Shown here piece after piece: positions 49,020 to 59,145 of a stretch of DNA of 64,000 nt. The number at the start of each line of letters is the position of its first letter. Within the stretch, counting starts at the first letter, position 1. The DNA is taken from positions 8,797-72,796 of the forward strand of contig DUMJ01000025.1 in NCBI GenBank assembly GCA_012839925.1, read 5' to 3'. A program made the position numbers and the translations under genes. The notes under the pieces are model-generated. The model did not search any database and was not told the DNA's origin. It saw only the letters and a program-made list of their open reading frames with translations. Source of the DNA: a bacterium (lineage in GTDB: Bacteria; DUMJ01).

Positions 49020-51677
49020 CTACTTATCTCTAAATGACTGTTTCTCTTTAAGGGCTGCATGTGCAGCTGCTAAACGAGCTATTGGAACCCTAAACGGAGA
49101 ACAGCTTACATAGTTGAGCCCTATTTCATGAGCAAATGTTATAGAATCTGGATCTCCACCGTGCTCTCCACAAATCCCAATCTCTAGTTCTGGTCTGGTA
49201 GACCTCCCGTCCTTCACTGCCATTTCCATAAGTCTACCTACGCCCTTTATATCCAGAGTTTGGAATGGATCTGCCGGAAGAATACCCTTTTCCAGGTATA
49301 CAAACAGGAATTTTCCTTCAGCATCATCTCTGGAATAACCAAATGTCATCTGAGTAAGATCGTTTGTTCCAAAACTGAAGAACTGAGCATACTCGGCAAT
49401 TTCTCCCGCTGTAAGTGCTGCTCTCGGTACCTCTATCATTGTTCCAAACTTATAATCAACTGTAATACCTTCCTCTTCCATAACACTCTTAGCAACTGAC
49501 TCAAGCTGGTCCCTTATAAGCTTAAGCTCATTTACATGCCCTACCAATGGGATCATAATTTCAGGCTTTGGATTATATCCCTCTTTCTTAAGCTCACAAG
49601 CAGCCTTAAATATAGCTCTTACCTGCATTTCATTAATCTCTGGTCTGGTGATACCGAGTCTGCATCCTCTCAGCCCTAACATTGGGTTAACCTCTTGCAT
49701 TTCTTCTACACGTCTCAATAACTCTTCCTTCTCTGCCAGGGCTTTAGGGTCTTTTCCTGTTACCCTGAGTTCAACCACCTCTGCCAGTAGCTCTTCATGT
49801 CTGGGTAAGAATTCATGAAGAGGTGGATCCAAGAGACGGATAATAACTGGTAGCCCATCCATAACCTTAAGGATACCCTTGAAATCTTCTTTCTGTATAG
49901 GAAGCAGCTTATCCAGAGCACTCTTCCTCTCTTCTGAATTTCTAGCAAGGATCATCTCTCTTACTATAGGCAATCTCTCTGCCTCAAAGAACATATGCTC
50001 AGTTCTGCAGAGTCCAATACCTTGCGCCCCATACTCTTTTGCCTTCTGAGCATCTCTCGGATAATCTGCATTAGCCCAGTTCTGCAATCTCTTGAAGCTA
50101 TCAGCCCAAGAAAGAAGCTTCTGAAGTTCAGGAGTGAGTTCCGGCTCGATTAGAGGAGCTTCTCCAACGATTACTTCACCAGTAGTCCCGTTTATGGTGA
50201 TTATATCCCCTTCCTTTACCGTATAGCCATTTACATTAAATAATCTTTTCTCCAGGTCAATCTTTATAGACTCTGCCCCAACCACACATGGTTTTCCAAT
50301 ACCTCTTGCTACCACTGCAGCGTGACTGGTTGCTCCACCACGAGCAGTAAGAATCCCTTCACTTACCAGCATCCCACCAACGTCATCTGGATTTGTCTCC
50401 GGTCTTACAAGTATAACCTTTACTCCATCCTTTGCCAATTCTTTAGCACGATCAGCATCAAAGACGACCGTACCAGTAGCTGCTCCAGGAGAGGCGTTCA
50501 ATCCTTTAGCGATAACTGTCACCTTAGCAGATGGATCAATCTGTCTGTGTAGTAACTGATCTATCTGGTTAGGATCAACTCTGAGTATTGCCTCTTCCTT
50601 AGAGATAATTCCTTCCTCAGCCATATCAACGGCAATCTTTACTGCTGCTTGGGCTGTTCGTTTTCCGGACCTTGTCTGAAGCATCCAGAGTTTTCCACGT
50701 TCTACAGTAAACTCTATATCCTGCATATCTCTATAATAGCCTTCCAATTTCTTCGCTATCTCCACCAGCTGATCATATATGGCAGGCATCTTTTCTTTTA
50801 ACTCTTCTATCTTCAATGGGGTTCTTATACCCGCAACGACATCTTCTCCCTGAGCATTGAATAAGAACTCTCCAAAAAATTTCTTCTCTCCAGTGGCGGG
50901 GTCTCTTGTAAACGCCACACCTGTACCAGAATCAAATCCCATATTTCCAAATACCATGGTAACAATATTTACTGCTGTCCCAAGACTATGTGGAATCTTA
51001 TTATAATTTCTATAGTCTATGGCACGCTTGTTATTCCAGGATCTGAATACTGCACCTATAGCTAATCTTAGTTGCTCTATCGGCTCCTGAGGGAAATCAC
51101 TTCCTGTTTCTCTCTTTACTATATCTTTAAAGATAGAAACAATCTCCTTCAGATGCTCAGCAGTGAGGTCTGTATCGAGTTTTGCTCCAACCTTCTCCTT
51201 ATAATCTTCAAAGGCTTTATCGAAGATCTCTCCAGGGATACCCAGAACAATCTTACCAAAAAGCTGAATGAAACGTCTATAAGCATCATAGACAAAACGT
51301 TCATTCTGAGTAAGATTTATAAGCCCCTTTGCCACCTCATCATTTAATCCTAGATTGAGAACAGTGTCCATCATTCCAGGCATAGAGAACTTGGCTCCAG
51401 ACCTTACCGACACGAGCAACGGATTGGATGGGTCCCCAAACTTTTTCCCTGTCCTACGCTCTATCTCTTTGAGAGCATCTAACACCTGTTCCCACATTCC
51501 TTCTGGGAACTGTTGATTATACTCATAATAGGCGTTACAAGCCTCTGTGGTGATAGTAAATCCTGGAGGTACTGGAAGCCCTGCCTGGGTCATTTGAGCT
51601 AACCCGGCGCCTTTACCTCCCAAGAGCGCCCTATCGTTAGGATCGCCCTCATCAAAAAGATAAACCCATTTCTTCAT
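49020..51677 (-). CDS. ppdK: pyruvate, phosphate dikinase
   Basis: ATP-grasp N-terminus (LLGGKGAGLAQM), phosphohistidine region GGATSHAAVVARG and PEP-utilising C-terminal domain. Confidence 0.95.
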   Translation of the reverse strand: MKKWVYLFDEGDPNDRALLGGKGAGLAQMTQAGLPVPPGFTITTEACNAYYEYNQQFPEGMWEQVLDALKEIERRTGKKFGDPSNPLLVSVRSGAKFSMPGMMDTVLNLGLNDEVAKGLINLTQNERFVYDAYRRFIQLFGKIVLGIPGEIFDKAFEDYKEKVGAKLDTDLTAEHLKEIVSIFKDIVKRETGSDFPQEPIEQLRLAIGAVFRSWNNKRAIDYRNYNKIPHSLGTAVNIVTMVFGNMGFDSGTGVAFTRDPATGEKKFFGEFLFNAQGEDVVAGIRTPLKIEELKEKMPAIYDQLVEIAKKLEGYYRDMQDIEFTVERGKLWMLQTRSGKRTAQAAVKIAVDMAEEGIISKEEAILRVDPNQIDQLLHRQIDPSAKVTVIAKGLNASPGAATGTVVFDADRAKELAKDGVKVILVRPETNPDDVGGMLVSEGILTARGGATSHAAVVARGIGKPCVVGAESIKIDLEKRLFNVNGYTVKEGDIITINGTTGEVIVGEAPLIEPELTPELQKLLSWADSFKRLQNWANADYPRDAQKAKEYGAQGIGLCRTEHMFFEAERLPIVREMILARNSEERKSALDKLLPIQKEDFKGILKVMDGLPVIIRLLDPPLHEFLPRHEELLAEVVELRVTGKDPKALAEKEELLRRVEEMQEVNPMLGLRGCRLGITRPEINEMQVRAIFKAACELKKEGYNPKPEIMIPLVGHVNELKLIRDQLESVAKSVMEEEGITVDYKFGTMIEVPRAALTAGEIAEYAQFFSFGTNDLTQMTFGYSRDDAEGKFLFVYLEKGILPADPFQTLDIKGVGRLMEMAVKDGRSTRPELEIGICGEHGGDPDSITFAHEIGLNYVSCSPFRVPIARLAAAHAALKEKQSFRDK

Positions 51678-51736
51678 CTTTCACACTCCTTCTACAAAAA
51701 AATTTACGAGTTAAATGTCTGACTCAAACCTAATCT

Positions 51737-51765
51737 ATTATACAAAAAAGATAAAAAAGAATCAA
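51737..51765 (-). promoter_or_regulatory. candidate sigma-70 promoter for ppdK
   Basis: On the minus strand: TTGATT, a 17-nt spacer, then TATAAT. Confidence 0.5.
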
Positions 51766-51804
51766 CCCTCCATAGAGTACAGATAAACTAATAATTTGCT
51801 GCAT

Positions 51805-51833
51805 TTGCATTTTATATCAGATTATGTTAAAAT
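51805..51833 (+). promoter_or_regulatory. candidate sigma-70 promoter for rimP-nusA-infB operon
   Basis: TTGCAT, a 17-nt spacer ending in TGt, then TAAAAT. Confidence 0.55.
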
Positions 51834-51865
51834 ATTCAAAAATAGATAAATAGAGAAAGGAGACG

Positions 51866-51889
51866 AAAAGTGGGCTTTGTCCCACTTTT
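51866..51889 (+). promoter_or_regulatory. terminator-like hairpin in the rimP leader
   Basis: AAAAGTGGG - CTTTGT - CCCACTTTT(T). Lies between the SD-like AAGGAG (51857..51862) and the rimP ATG (51896). Confidence 0.5.
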
Positions 51890-51895
51890 TATAAT

Positions 51896-52363
51896 ATGGA
51901 GACACGAGAAAACATAATTTCTCTGATAGAGAAAGAAGTAGGAAAAGTTATAGAGAATATGGGATATGAATTAATAGATGTGGAATATACTAAGGAAAGA
52001 GGAACATGGATCCTTCGCCTCTTTGTAGACAGACTGGATGGTGGTATAACCCTCAAAGAGTGTGAAGGTATAAGCCATGTAGTTAGCCTATTACTTGATG
52101 AGCTTGACCCTATCCCTTATTCATATAATCTGGAAGTCTTCTCTCCTGGATTGGATAGAATATTAAAGAAGCCAAAAGACTTTGCAAGATTTATAGGGCA
52201 TAAAGCTCAGTTTAAGCTTAAGGACCCTATTAAAGGTTCCAAGAATATAAAAGCTACCATTAAAGAGGTTGTAAGCAGTGCTGTGATAGTGGAAAGGGAT
52301 AGAGACGTATTTTCTATCCCCTTTGAGAATATCTTGAAAGCGAGGCTAGAGGTAGAAGTATGA
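51896..52363 (+). CDS. rimP: ribosome maturation factor RimP
   Basis: Family pattern (..GYELIDVEY..ILRLFVD...GITL..CE..S..) and position upstream of nusA. Confidence 0.9.
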   Translation: METRENIISLIEKEVGKVIENMGYELIDVEYTKERGTWILRLFVDRLDGGITLKECEGISHVVSLLLDELDPIPYSYNLEVFSPGLDRILKKPKDFARFIGHKAQFKLKDPIKGSKNIKATIKEVVSSAVIVERDRDVFSIPFENILKARLEVEV

Positions 52364-53448
52364 CCGATAATCTCTTGCTAATGTTAAAACAGATAGAGAA
52401 AGAAAAGGGTATATCTATAGAGTCTCTATTCTCTTTTCTGGAAGCTGCACTACTTTCTGCCTATAGAAAACAGTATGGAACTACTCAGAATGTATCTGTA
52501 ATCATTGATAGAAATAATGGAGATATACATATATATGCTAAAAAGAGTGTGGTAGAAAAAGTAGAAAATAATGCTATAGAGATAGGTCTCGAAGATGCAT
52601 TGAAGGTCAACCCGGAAGTAAAAGTGGGAGATGTGATAGACATAGAAATAATCCCATCCGCTAACTTTGGAAGGTTTGCCTATCAAACTGCAAAACAGGT
52701 AATCACTCAGAAGTTAGAAGAGGCAGAAAAGACTATACTCTACGAGGAATTCTCAAAAAGAATAGGGGAGATTACAAGGGGTACTATCTATAGAATAGAT
52801 AAGAAAGGGGTATATCTGGATCTTGGCAGGGTAGAAGGGGTAATACCACCATATGAACAGGTAGATAGAGAAAATTATAAGGTTGGAGATAAGTTAGTTG
52901 TATATATACTTAAAGTAATTAGAAAATCACAGGGACCAGAGATAACATGTTCTAGAAGCCATCCAAACCTCGTCAAAAAACTCTTCGAGCTAGAAATACC
53001 CGAAATTCAAAACGGAATAGTGGTTATTAAAGGAATAGCCAGGGAACCGGGTATAAGGACCAAGATAGCGGTAGCATCAAAGGATAGTAAAATAGACCCC
53101 GCTGGGACATGTATAGGTGCTAAGGGAATCAGGATTCAGCCTATAGTAAGAGAATTAAAAAAAGAAAAGATAGATGTAATAGTATGGAATGAAGACCCAT
53201 TAATATTTGTAGGAAATGCATTAAATCCAGCATCGGTAATAAAGGTGGAACAGACTGGGGAAAAGAGTGCAAGAGTATTGGTGGCTAAAGATCAGCTCCC
53301 ATTGGCTATCGGAAAAGAAGGGCAGAATGTAAGATTGGCTGTGAAACTTACTGGATGGAAGATAGATATAAAGACAGAAGAGGAGCGCTTAGAAAAGACT
53401 GAAGAAAATAGAACGTTCGTGTATAGTTTGCAGGAAGAAGAAAAATAA
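52360..53448 (+). CDS. nusA: transcription termination/antitermination factor NusA
   Basis: N-terminal domain, S1 domain and two KH domains (..IGKEGQNVRLA..). Confidence 0.95.
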   Translation: MTDNLLLMLKQIEKEKGISIESLFSFLEAALLSAYRKQYGTTQNVSVIIDRNNGDIHIYAKKSVVEKVENNAIEIGLEDALKVNPEVKVGDVIDIEIIPSANFGRFAYQTAKQVITQKLEEAEKTILYEEFSKRIGEITRGTIYRIDKKGVYLDLGRVEGVIPPYEQVDRENYKVGDKLVVYILKVIRKSQGPEITCSRSHPNLVKKLFELEIPEIQNGIVVIKGIAREPGIRTKIAVASKDSKIDPAGTCIGAKGIRIQPIVRELKKEKIDVIVWNEDPLIFVGNALNPASVIKVEQTGEKSARVLVAKDQLPLAIGKEGQNVRLAVKLTGWKIDIKTEEERLEKTEENRTFVYSLQEEEK

Positions 53449-53680
53449 AGAGGAGCTTATAAGGATAGTAAAAACCCCTGAGGGTCTAATTTTATTAGAC
53501 CCTCTAAAGATGTTTCCTGGCAGGGGAGCATATATATGTGGTAAAATAGAGTGTATAAGTAATTTTGGAAAGAAGAATTATCTGGCATACGCTCTTAAAA
53601 CCAGAATAGAGAAGGATAAATTAATGGATATAAAGAGAGAATTAGAGAATCTTCTGCAAAGAGGAGATGTTAAACGGTGA
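53399..53680 (+). CDS. ylxR: YlxR/DUF448 family RNA-binding protein (not in ORF track; non-canonical start)
   Basis: The frame is open from 53393. It encodes (L)KKIERSCIVCRKKKNKEELIRIV...GRGAYICGKIEC..., matching the DUF448 signature. The stop TGA at 53678..53680 overlaps the infB GTG. The start coordinate is tentative (CTG 53399). Confidence 0.75.
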   Translation: MKKIERSCIVCRKKKNKEELIRIVKTPEGLILLDPLKMFPGRGAYICGKIECISNFGKKNYLAYALKTRIEKDKLMDIKRELENLLQRGDVKR

Positions 53681-55617
53681 GAGTTTATGAATTGGCTAAA
53701 AAATTGGGGGTTAGTACCCATGAACTTCTAGAAGTATTAAAAGATCTGGGGGTAGAAACTAAGTCACATTTTAGTAAAATAGACGAGGAGACTGCTGACA
53801 CCATAGAAAGTATCTTAAGTTCCTCTACTAAAACTGAAGAGAAAGAAGATGTTATGGAAAGAAAGGTCATGGAACAACAGAAAGAAGAAGAGATAAAACC
53901 TGTTAAAACACAGATTCCATTAAGTGCTACGGTAAGAGAGATCTCTGAACTTTTCGGTCTTCCTGTAAGTCAGATTATTATGACTCTGATGGATATGGGA
54001 ATTCTAGCTAATATAAATAAAGAGATAGATCAGGGAACTATCTCTAAGTTAGCTGAAAAGTTTAACATCCCTGTAGAGACGTCTCAGCCCCAGAAGACAA
54101 GATTAGCTGGTAAATTAAGAATACAGACAACTGAGGGAGATCCGAGATCTCCCATAGTTACAGTATTAGGACATGTCGACCATGGTAAAACTACTCTTCT
54201 TGATGCCATAAGAAAAACCAATGTTACCGCAACAGAGGCTGGAGGTATTACCCAGCATATAGGAGCTTATCAGGCAGAGGTTGGAGGAAGGAAGATAACT
54301 TTTATAGATACTCCTGGGCATGAGGCTTTTACAGCTCTAAGAGCCAGAGGAGCAAAAGTTACCGATATAGCCATACTGGTAGTAGCTGCAGACGATGGTG
54401 TAATGCCTCAGACGGTAGAGGCTATTGATCATGCAAGAGCTGCAGAAGTGCCAATTATTGTCGCCATAAACAAGATAGATAAACCAGAGGCAAATATAGA
54501 TAGAGTTAAAACTCAGCTTTCTGAGCTTGGTTTAATCCCGGAAGATTGGGGTGGGGATACTATAATGGTCCCGATTTCAGCCAAGAAAAACATAGGCATA
54601 GACCAGCTTTTGGAGATGGTACTCCTCTTAGCTGACATTATGGAGCTAAAAGCAAGATACGAAATACCAGCCAGAGGAACTATTATAGAAACCGTATTAG
54701 ACAGAGGAAAAGGTCCAATAGCTATAGCTATAGTTATGGAGGGAACTTTAAAAGTAGGAGATTTAATAGTTACCAGTGGAATGTATGGAAAGGTAAGAGC
54801 TCTTCTCAATGATAAAGGGGAGAGAATTAAGAAAGCCACTCCCTCTATGCCTGTGCAGATAGTAGGGTTACCTAGGCTTCCCGTTGCTGGGGAAAATTTC
54901 ACAGTAGTGGAAAATGAACGGAGGGCAAAAGAATTAATATCCCAGTGGGGGGAGGAAACACAGCAACAGAGAGAAGTTCTCTCTCTGGAAAATATAAGGC
55001 TAAGAATAGACAAAGGAGAGTTAAAGGATTTAAATCTTGTACTGAAAGCAGATACCCAGGGTTCTTTAGAAGCTATAGAAAAATTCCTAAAAGAAATAAA
55101 TATTGAAGGGGTTACCCTTTCTATAGTAAGAAGAGGGGTTGGTAATATATCTGAAGGGGATGTGCTTCTTGCCAAGGCTTCTAAGGCTATAGTAGTTGGA
55201 TTTAACGTAGAAACGGAATTGGGAATTCTTAAACTGGCAGAGAATGAAGGTGTATCTATAAAGATATATAATATTATATATGAGCTTATAGATGATATAA
55301 CCCTTGCCCTTAAAGGGCTTCTAAAACCTGAGAAGCAAGAATTAATCTTGGGAAGAGCAGAGGTCCGTCAGGTCTTCAAGTCTTCAAGGATAGGAAGTAT
55401 AGCAGGTTGCTATGTTTTAGATGGGAAGATTGTAAGAAATAGTAATATCAGGATAAAGAGAGCAGATAATGTAATCTATGAAGGGAGACTTACCTCTTTA
55501 AAAAGATTTAAAGAGGATGTCCGGGAAGTAACCTCCGGGTATGAGTGTGGCATATTTATAGAAGGTTTCGAAGATTATAAAGAACAGGATATTATAGAAA
55601 GTTATACGTTTGAATAA
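53677..55617 (+). CDS. infB: translation initiation factor IF-2
   Basis: GTG start; G-domain [20 protein letters not shown] and NKID. Confidence 0.95.
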   Translation: MRVYELAKKLGVSTHELLEVLKDLGVETKSHFSKIDEETADTIESILSSSTKTEEKEDVMERKVMEQQKEEEIKPVKTQIPLSATVREISELFGLPVSQIIMTLMDMGILANINKEIDQGTISKLAEKFNIPVETSQPQKTRLAGKLRIQTTEGDPRSPIVTVLGHVDHGKTTLLDAIRKTNVTATEAGGITQHIGAYQAEVGGRKITFIDTPGHEAFTALRARGAKVTDIAILVVAADDGVMPQTVEAIDHARAAEVPIIVAINKIDKPEANIDRVKTQLSELGLIPEDWGGDTIMVPISAKKNIGIDQLLEMVLLLADIMELKARYEIPARGTIIETVLDRGKGPIAIAIVMEGTLKVGDLIVTSGMYGKVRALLNDKGERIKKATPSMPVQIVGLPRLPVAGENFTVVENERRAKELISQWGEETQQQREVLSLENIRLRIDKGELKDLNLVLKADTQGSLEAIEKFLKEINIEGVTLSIVRRGVGNISEGDVLLAKASKAIVVGFNVETELGILKLAENEGVSIKIYNIIYELIDDITLALKGLLKPEKQELILGRAEVRQVFKSSRIGSIAGCYVLDGKIVRNSNIRIKRADNVIYEGRLTSLKRFKEDVREVTSGYECGIFIEGFEDYKEQDIIESYTFE

Positions 55618-55622
55618 GCTAT

Positions 55623-55904
55623 ATGATGATAGGGGTGTGTAAGATAGAATTATACATACCTGGTGCGTTAAGTCTTAAAGATAAGAGGAGATATCTTCAG
55701 GGTCTCATTAAGAGGCTGAGAAATAATTTTAATGTATCTGTGGTTGAAATAGACTATAAAGATAAATGGCAAAGGGCGATTATAGGCATAGCCTGTATAG
55801 ACGAAAGACAGAAAGAGATAGATATGAATTTCTCTAAAATGATCAATTATATCTCGAAAGAAAGAGACATCGAAGTTGTAGATTATTCTATAGAGATGTT
55901 TTAA
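55623..55904 (+). CDS. DUF503 (YlxP-like) protein
   Basis: 93 aa, in the characteristic position between infB and rbfA, with the pattern ..L.IPGA.SLKDKR.. Confidence 0.8.
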   Translation: MMIGVCKIELYIPGALSLKDKRRYLQGLIKRLRNNFNVSVVEIDYKDKWQRAIIGIACIDERQKEIDMNFSKMINYISKERDIEVVDYSIEMF

Positions 55905-55925
55905 TAACTTAATGGAGGATGTATT

Positions 55926-56276
55926 ATGAAACCCTCTAGATTGGAAAGATTAGAGGCATTGGTAAAAGAAGAAGTAAGCGATATAATATTAAAGATGAAA
56001 GACCCCAGAATAAAATTTGTCACAGTTACAGATGTAACCATATCTAAGGATGTAAAGTATGCAAAGATATTCATCAGTATTATGGGGGAAGAGGAGGAAA
56101 AGAAAAACTCGTTCTCCGCAATAAAAGGAGCCACTGGCTTTATAAGAACTGAACTTGCCCATAGGTTAGAGATAAGAAGAATACCTGAGTTATCTTTTGT
56201 ACTGGATGATTCGATTGAAAGAGGGGTAAGACTGGCTAATTATATAGAGAAGATTGTACACAGTGATGAAAGCTGA
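55926..56276 (+). CDS. rbfA: ribosome-binding factor A
   Basis: Family pattern (..KDPR..FVTVT.V..S.D...AKIF.S..) and context. Confidence 0.9.
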   Translation: MKPSRLERLEALVKEEVSDIILKMKDPRIKFVTVTDVTISKDVKYAKIFISIMGEEEEKKNSFSAIKGATGFIRTELAHRLEIRRIPELSFVLDDSIERGVRLANYIEKIVHSDES

Positions 56277-57228
56277 ATACATACCAAACCAATCAAAAAT
56301 TATTAAACTGATACAGGAGAAGAAGAGCTTTCTGATAGTATCTCATGTGTATCCCGATGGAGATGCTATCGGTTCTGTTTTGGGTATTTCAAATGCCCTT
56401 ATATCACTTGACAAAAAGGTAGTAGCATATATAGCGGACAGGATTCCAAGGCAATTTTCCAGCCTTCCAGGTATAGATCTTGTAAGGACTAAATATAACG
56501 TGGAAGAGACAGATGCAACATTTGTTTTGGACGCAAGCAATATTGAAAGGCTTGGAGAGGCTGGCAACTTTATTTCTGGATCGATAATTAATATAGACCA
56601 CCATCCTGACAATTCACTGTTCGGTGATGTAAACCTGGTTATCCCCACAGCTTCAAGTACCAGTGAGATAGTCTTTAATCTTTTAAAATATTTCCCGCTG
56701 AATAAAGAGGCGGTATCTGCCCTGTATTATGGTTTACTCTCAGACACAGGTGGTTTTATGTATAACAACACAGGTGAAGGGACATTCAAAACTGCTCTGG
56801 ATATGATAAGATATGGGGTTTCTGCAGGAGAAATCGCATATAAAGTCTTCTATTCTATACCGTATGCAACCATGAAGATCTATATCGATGTGCTTAAAGA
56901 TATTCATATAGATAAAGAGGTAAACTTAGTGTGGTGTATACTTCCACTAGAAGTTATGGAAAGTGAGGCATTCCAGGACAATACATCTCCTCTGCTGGAT
57001 ATGCTACTAAAAATAGAAGAAGCAGGTACTATAGTTCTTTTCAAAGAACATAAAGATAAATATAGAGTAAGCCTGAGGAGTAAAAGTAAGGATGTTGGAG
57101 CAATAGCCAGAGCTTTAGGTGGGGGCGGACATAGAAGTGCTTCGGCTTTTGATCTTTTAAACAAACAGGAATCTGCAATTATTGATACTCTAAATAAGAT
57201 TAAGACTCTATTAGGAGGGCAGAATTGA
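56254..57228 (+). CDS. nrnA: DHH-family oligoribonuclease / pAp phosphatase NrnA
   Basis: DGD, NIDHHPDN and GGGGH motifs. Confidence 0.85.
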   Translation: MYTVMKAEYIPNQSKIIKLIQEKKSFLIVSHVYPDGDAIGSVLGISNALISLDKKVVAYIADRIPRQFSSLPGIDLVRTKYNVEETDATFVLDASNIERLGEAGNFISGSIINIDHHPDNSLFGDVNLVIPTASSTSEIVFNLLKYFPLNKEAVSALYYGLLSDTGGFMYNNTGEGTFKTALDMIRYGVSAGEIAYKVFYSIPYATMKIYIDVLKDIHIDKEVNLVWCILPLEVMESEAFQDNTSPLLDMLLKIEEAGTIVLFKEHKDKYRVSLRSKSKDVGAIARALGGGGHRSASAFDLLNKQESAIIDTLNKIKTLLGGQN

Positions 57229-58109
57229 ACGGGGTGGTTAATGTAGTTAAACCACCACTAATCACATCTTTCAAGGTGGTAGAAATTATAAAACGTAAAT
57301 TCAAACTCAGACATGTAGGACATCTGGGAGTGCTTGACCCTATAGCCACAGGATTATTACAGATAGCTGTAGGGTCAGCCACAAAACTATTTGAATATTT
57401 TACCGGGCTGGAAAGGTCCTATAGAGCAGAGCTGCTTTTAGGTATATCTACCGACACCCAGGATGCTGCTGGAAGACCAATTAAAATATCTGAGGATGTT
57501 GATATTTCAAATCTGGAGGAAATTGTAGATAGCTTTAAAGGAGAGATAACCCAAATTCCTCCCATGTATTCTTCATTGCACTATAAAGGTAAAAGACTGT
57601 ATGAACTTGCCAGAGAAGGCATTGAAGTTCCAAGAACACCCAGAAATGTTCTTATAAAACACATAGACATAATAGATGTAAAGAAAGATAGATATCCTAG
57701 GGTTATACTTGATGTGGTATGCCAGAGAGGAACATATATAAGGACACTATGCCATGACATAGGAGAGAAATTAGGAGTTGGGGCACATATGCTCTCTCTG
57801 GTAAGAACCAGAATAGGGAATATAGATCTACCTCAAGCTTATTCCTTAACAGAAATACTTGGAAGGGGAAACTCTATTGCCGAGTATTTTATGCCCTGGG
57901 GGATGTTAAGTGAAATAGAAAAAATAGACCTTATAGTAAAGAAACAACGTGATGATTTTATAAAGGGTAAACCCATACTGCTATACAAAACATATTACTC
58001 CAGAAGAGAGTTTGTCTCTGTATGGTATAACAATGAGTGTATAGGGGTAGGTAGATGTTTCCAGGATGTACTATACCCGATAGCAGTTGAGAATTTAAAT
58101 GTTAGTTGA
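57225..58109 (+). CDS. truB: tRNA pseudouridine(55) synthase
   Basis: TTG start; GHLGVLDPIATGLL catalytic Asp motif. Confidence 0.9.
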   Translation: MNGVVNVVKPPLITSFKVVEIIKRKFKLRHVGHLGVLDPIATGLLQIAVGSATKLFEYFTGLERSYRAELLLGISTDTQDAAGRPIKISEDVDISNLEEIVDSFKGEITQIPPMYSSLHYKGKRLYELAREGIEVPRTPRNVLIKHIDIIDVKKDRYPRVILDVVCQRGTYIRTLCHDIGEKLGVGAHMLSLVRTRIGNIDLPQAYSLTEILGRGNSIAEYFMPWGMLSEIEKIDLIVKKQRDDFIKGKPILLYKTYYSRREFVSVWYNNECIGVGRCFQDVLYPIAVENLNVS

Positions 58110-59025
58110 ATGGGATACTGCACAGATAAAAGACCCTACTGTTATTACTCTGGGTGTATTTGATGGCGTTCATAAGGGACATCAAACCATATTATCTCTT
58201 CTCAGTGAGATGTCCCTTACTTCAGGACTGCCTGGAGTCGTAGTTACTTTTGACCCTCACCCACTAGAAATAGTAGGTAAAATTAAAGTAGAATTGCTAT
58301 TAGACTTGAATGACCGTCTATCGATAATCGACCAATTCCCTCATTCACTTAATGTCCTTATCAAATTTGACAGTAAATTTGCAGAGAAATCTCCAGAAGA
58401 CTTTGTGAAGGAACTTGCAGAAAAATTCAATATAAGAGAAATCATTATCGGATATAATTTCCAGTTTGGTAAAGGAAGAAGAGGAGATATAAGATTCTTA
58501 GAAGAGGCAGGTAAAAAGTACAAATTTAGGGTCATGGCAGTTCCTCCTGTAGAGTATAATGGAAGCTCAATTAGCAGTTCAAGAATAAGATATACCTTAA
58601 AAGACGGAGATATAAATTCTGCAAATGAGATGCTGGGAAGACCCTTCTATCTCAAGGGGAGGGTGATCAGGGGAAGAGGACTGGGAAAAGAGATAGGGTT
58701 CCCGACCGCAAACATATCTGTTCCTCAGAGACTAATCATACCAAAACCAGGTGTCTATGCAGTCATCGGCACAGTAGAAGAGAAAAAATTTATGGGAGTT
58801 ACCAATATTGGGTCTGCCCCAACTGTAAGGAGAGAAAGCAGTATAACAGTAGAAACTCACTTTATCAATTTTAACCAAAATATCTATGATAAACTGGTAA
58901 AGTTAGACTTTATCGAACGTATAAGACCAGAGATCAAATTTGATGGCATAGATCAACTGGTCCTGCAGATAAGAAGAGATATAGAGACCGCAGAAGAGAT
59001 CATAAAGAGAAAAGTACTGACGTAA
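58099..59025 (+). CDS. ribF: bifunctional riboflavin kinase / FMN adenylyltransferase
   Basis: GVFDGVHKGH N-terminus and riboflavin kinase C-terminus (..GFPTAN..PGVYA..). Confidence 0.9.
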   Translation: MLVEWDTAQIKDPTVITLGVFDGVHKGHQTILSLLSEMSLTSGLPGVVVTFDPHPLEIVGKIKVELLLDLNDRLSIIDQFPHSLNVLIKFDSKFAEKSPEDFVKELAEKFNIREIIIGYNFQFGKGRRGDIRFLEEAGKKYKFRVMAVPPVEYNGSSISSSRIRYTLKDGDINSANEMLGRPFYLKGRVIRGRGLGKEIGFPTANISVPQRLIIPKPGVYAVIGTVEEKKFMGVTNIGSAPTVRRESSITVETHFINFNQNIYDKLVKLDFIERIRPEIKFDGIDQLVLQIRRDIETAEEIIKRKVLT

Positions 59026-59026
59026 G

Positions 59027-59057
59027 TTCGATGGCATAGGGCGCCAAACTTGCGCTA
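59027..59057. repeat. GC-rich repeat copy 1 (TTCGATGGCATAG + bulged hairpin TAG(GG)CGC/GCGCTA)
   Basis: Shares TTnGATGGCATAG plus a hairpin with a 7-nt loop with copy 2. Confidence 0.45.
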
Positions 59058-59118
59058 GGAGGGTACCTATAAAATGACACCTGGGAGGTTTACACCAGTT
59101 TCTTGACAGCCCTTCCCC

Positions 59119-59145
59119 TTTGATGGCATAGCGTGACCTGCGCTA
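59119..59145. repeat. GC-rich repeat copy 2 (TTTGATGGCATAG + hairpin TAGCG/CGCTA)
   Basis: See copy 1. Ends 4 nt before the stop codon of the convergent 187-aa gene. Confidence 0.45.

Noticed and set aside
54513-55175. 220-aa ORF antisense to infB; similar long antisense ORFs at 44211..44750, 18087..18599, 5140..5574, 1348..1737, 61579..61992, 62128..62451 and 6774..7187
   Set aside because: All lie fully inside well-supported conserved genes on the other strand. They have S/P/T/L-rich low-complexity composition typical of antisense frames and lack SD sequences or recognisable motifs.
59027-59145. Possible mini-CRISPR (two ~28-nt repeats with a spacer)
   Set aside because: There are only two imperfect copies with about 60 nt between them, no further repeats and no cas genes in the window. 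It does not meet any reasonable CRISPR criterion.
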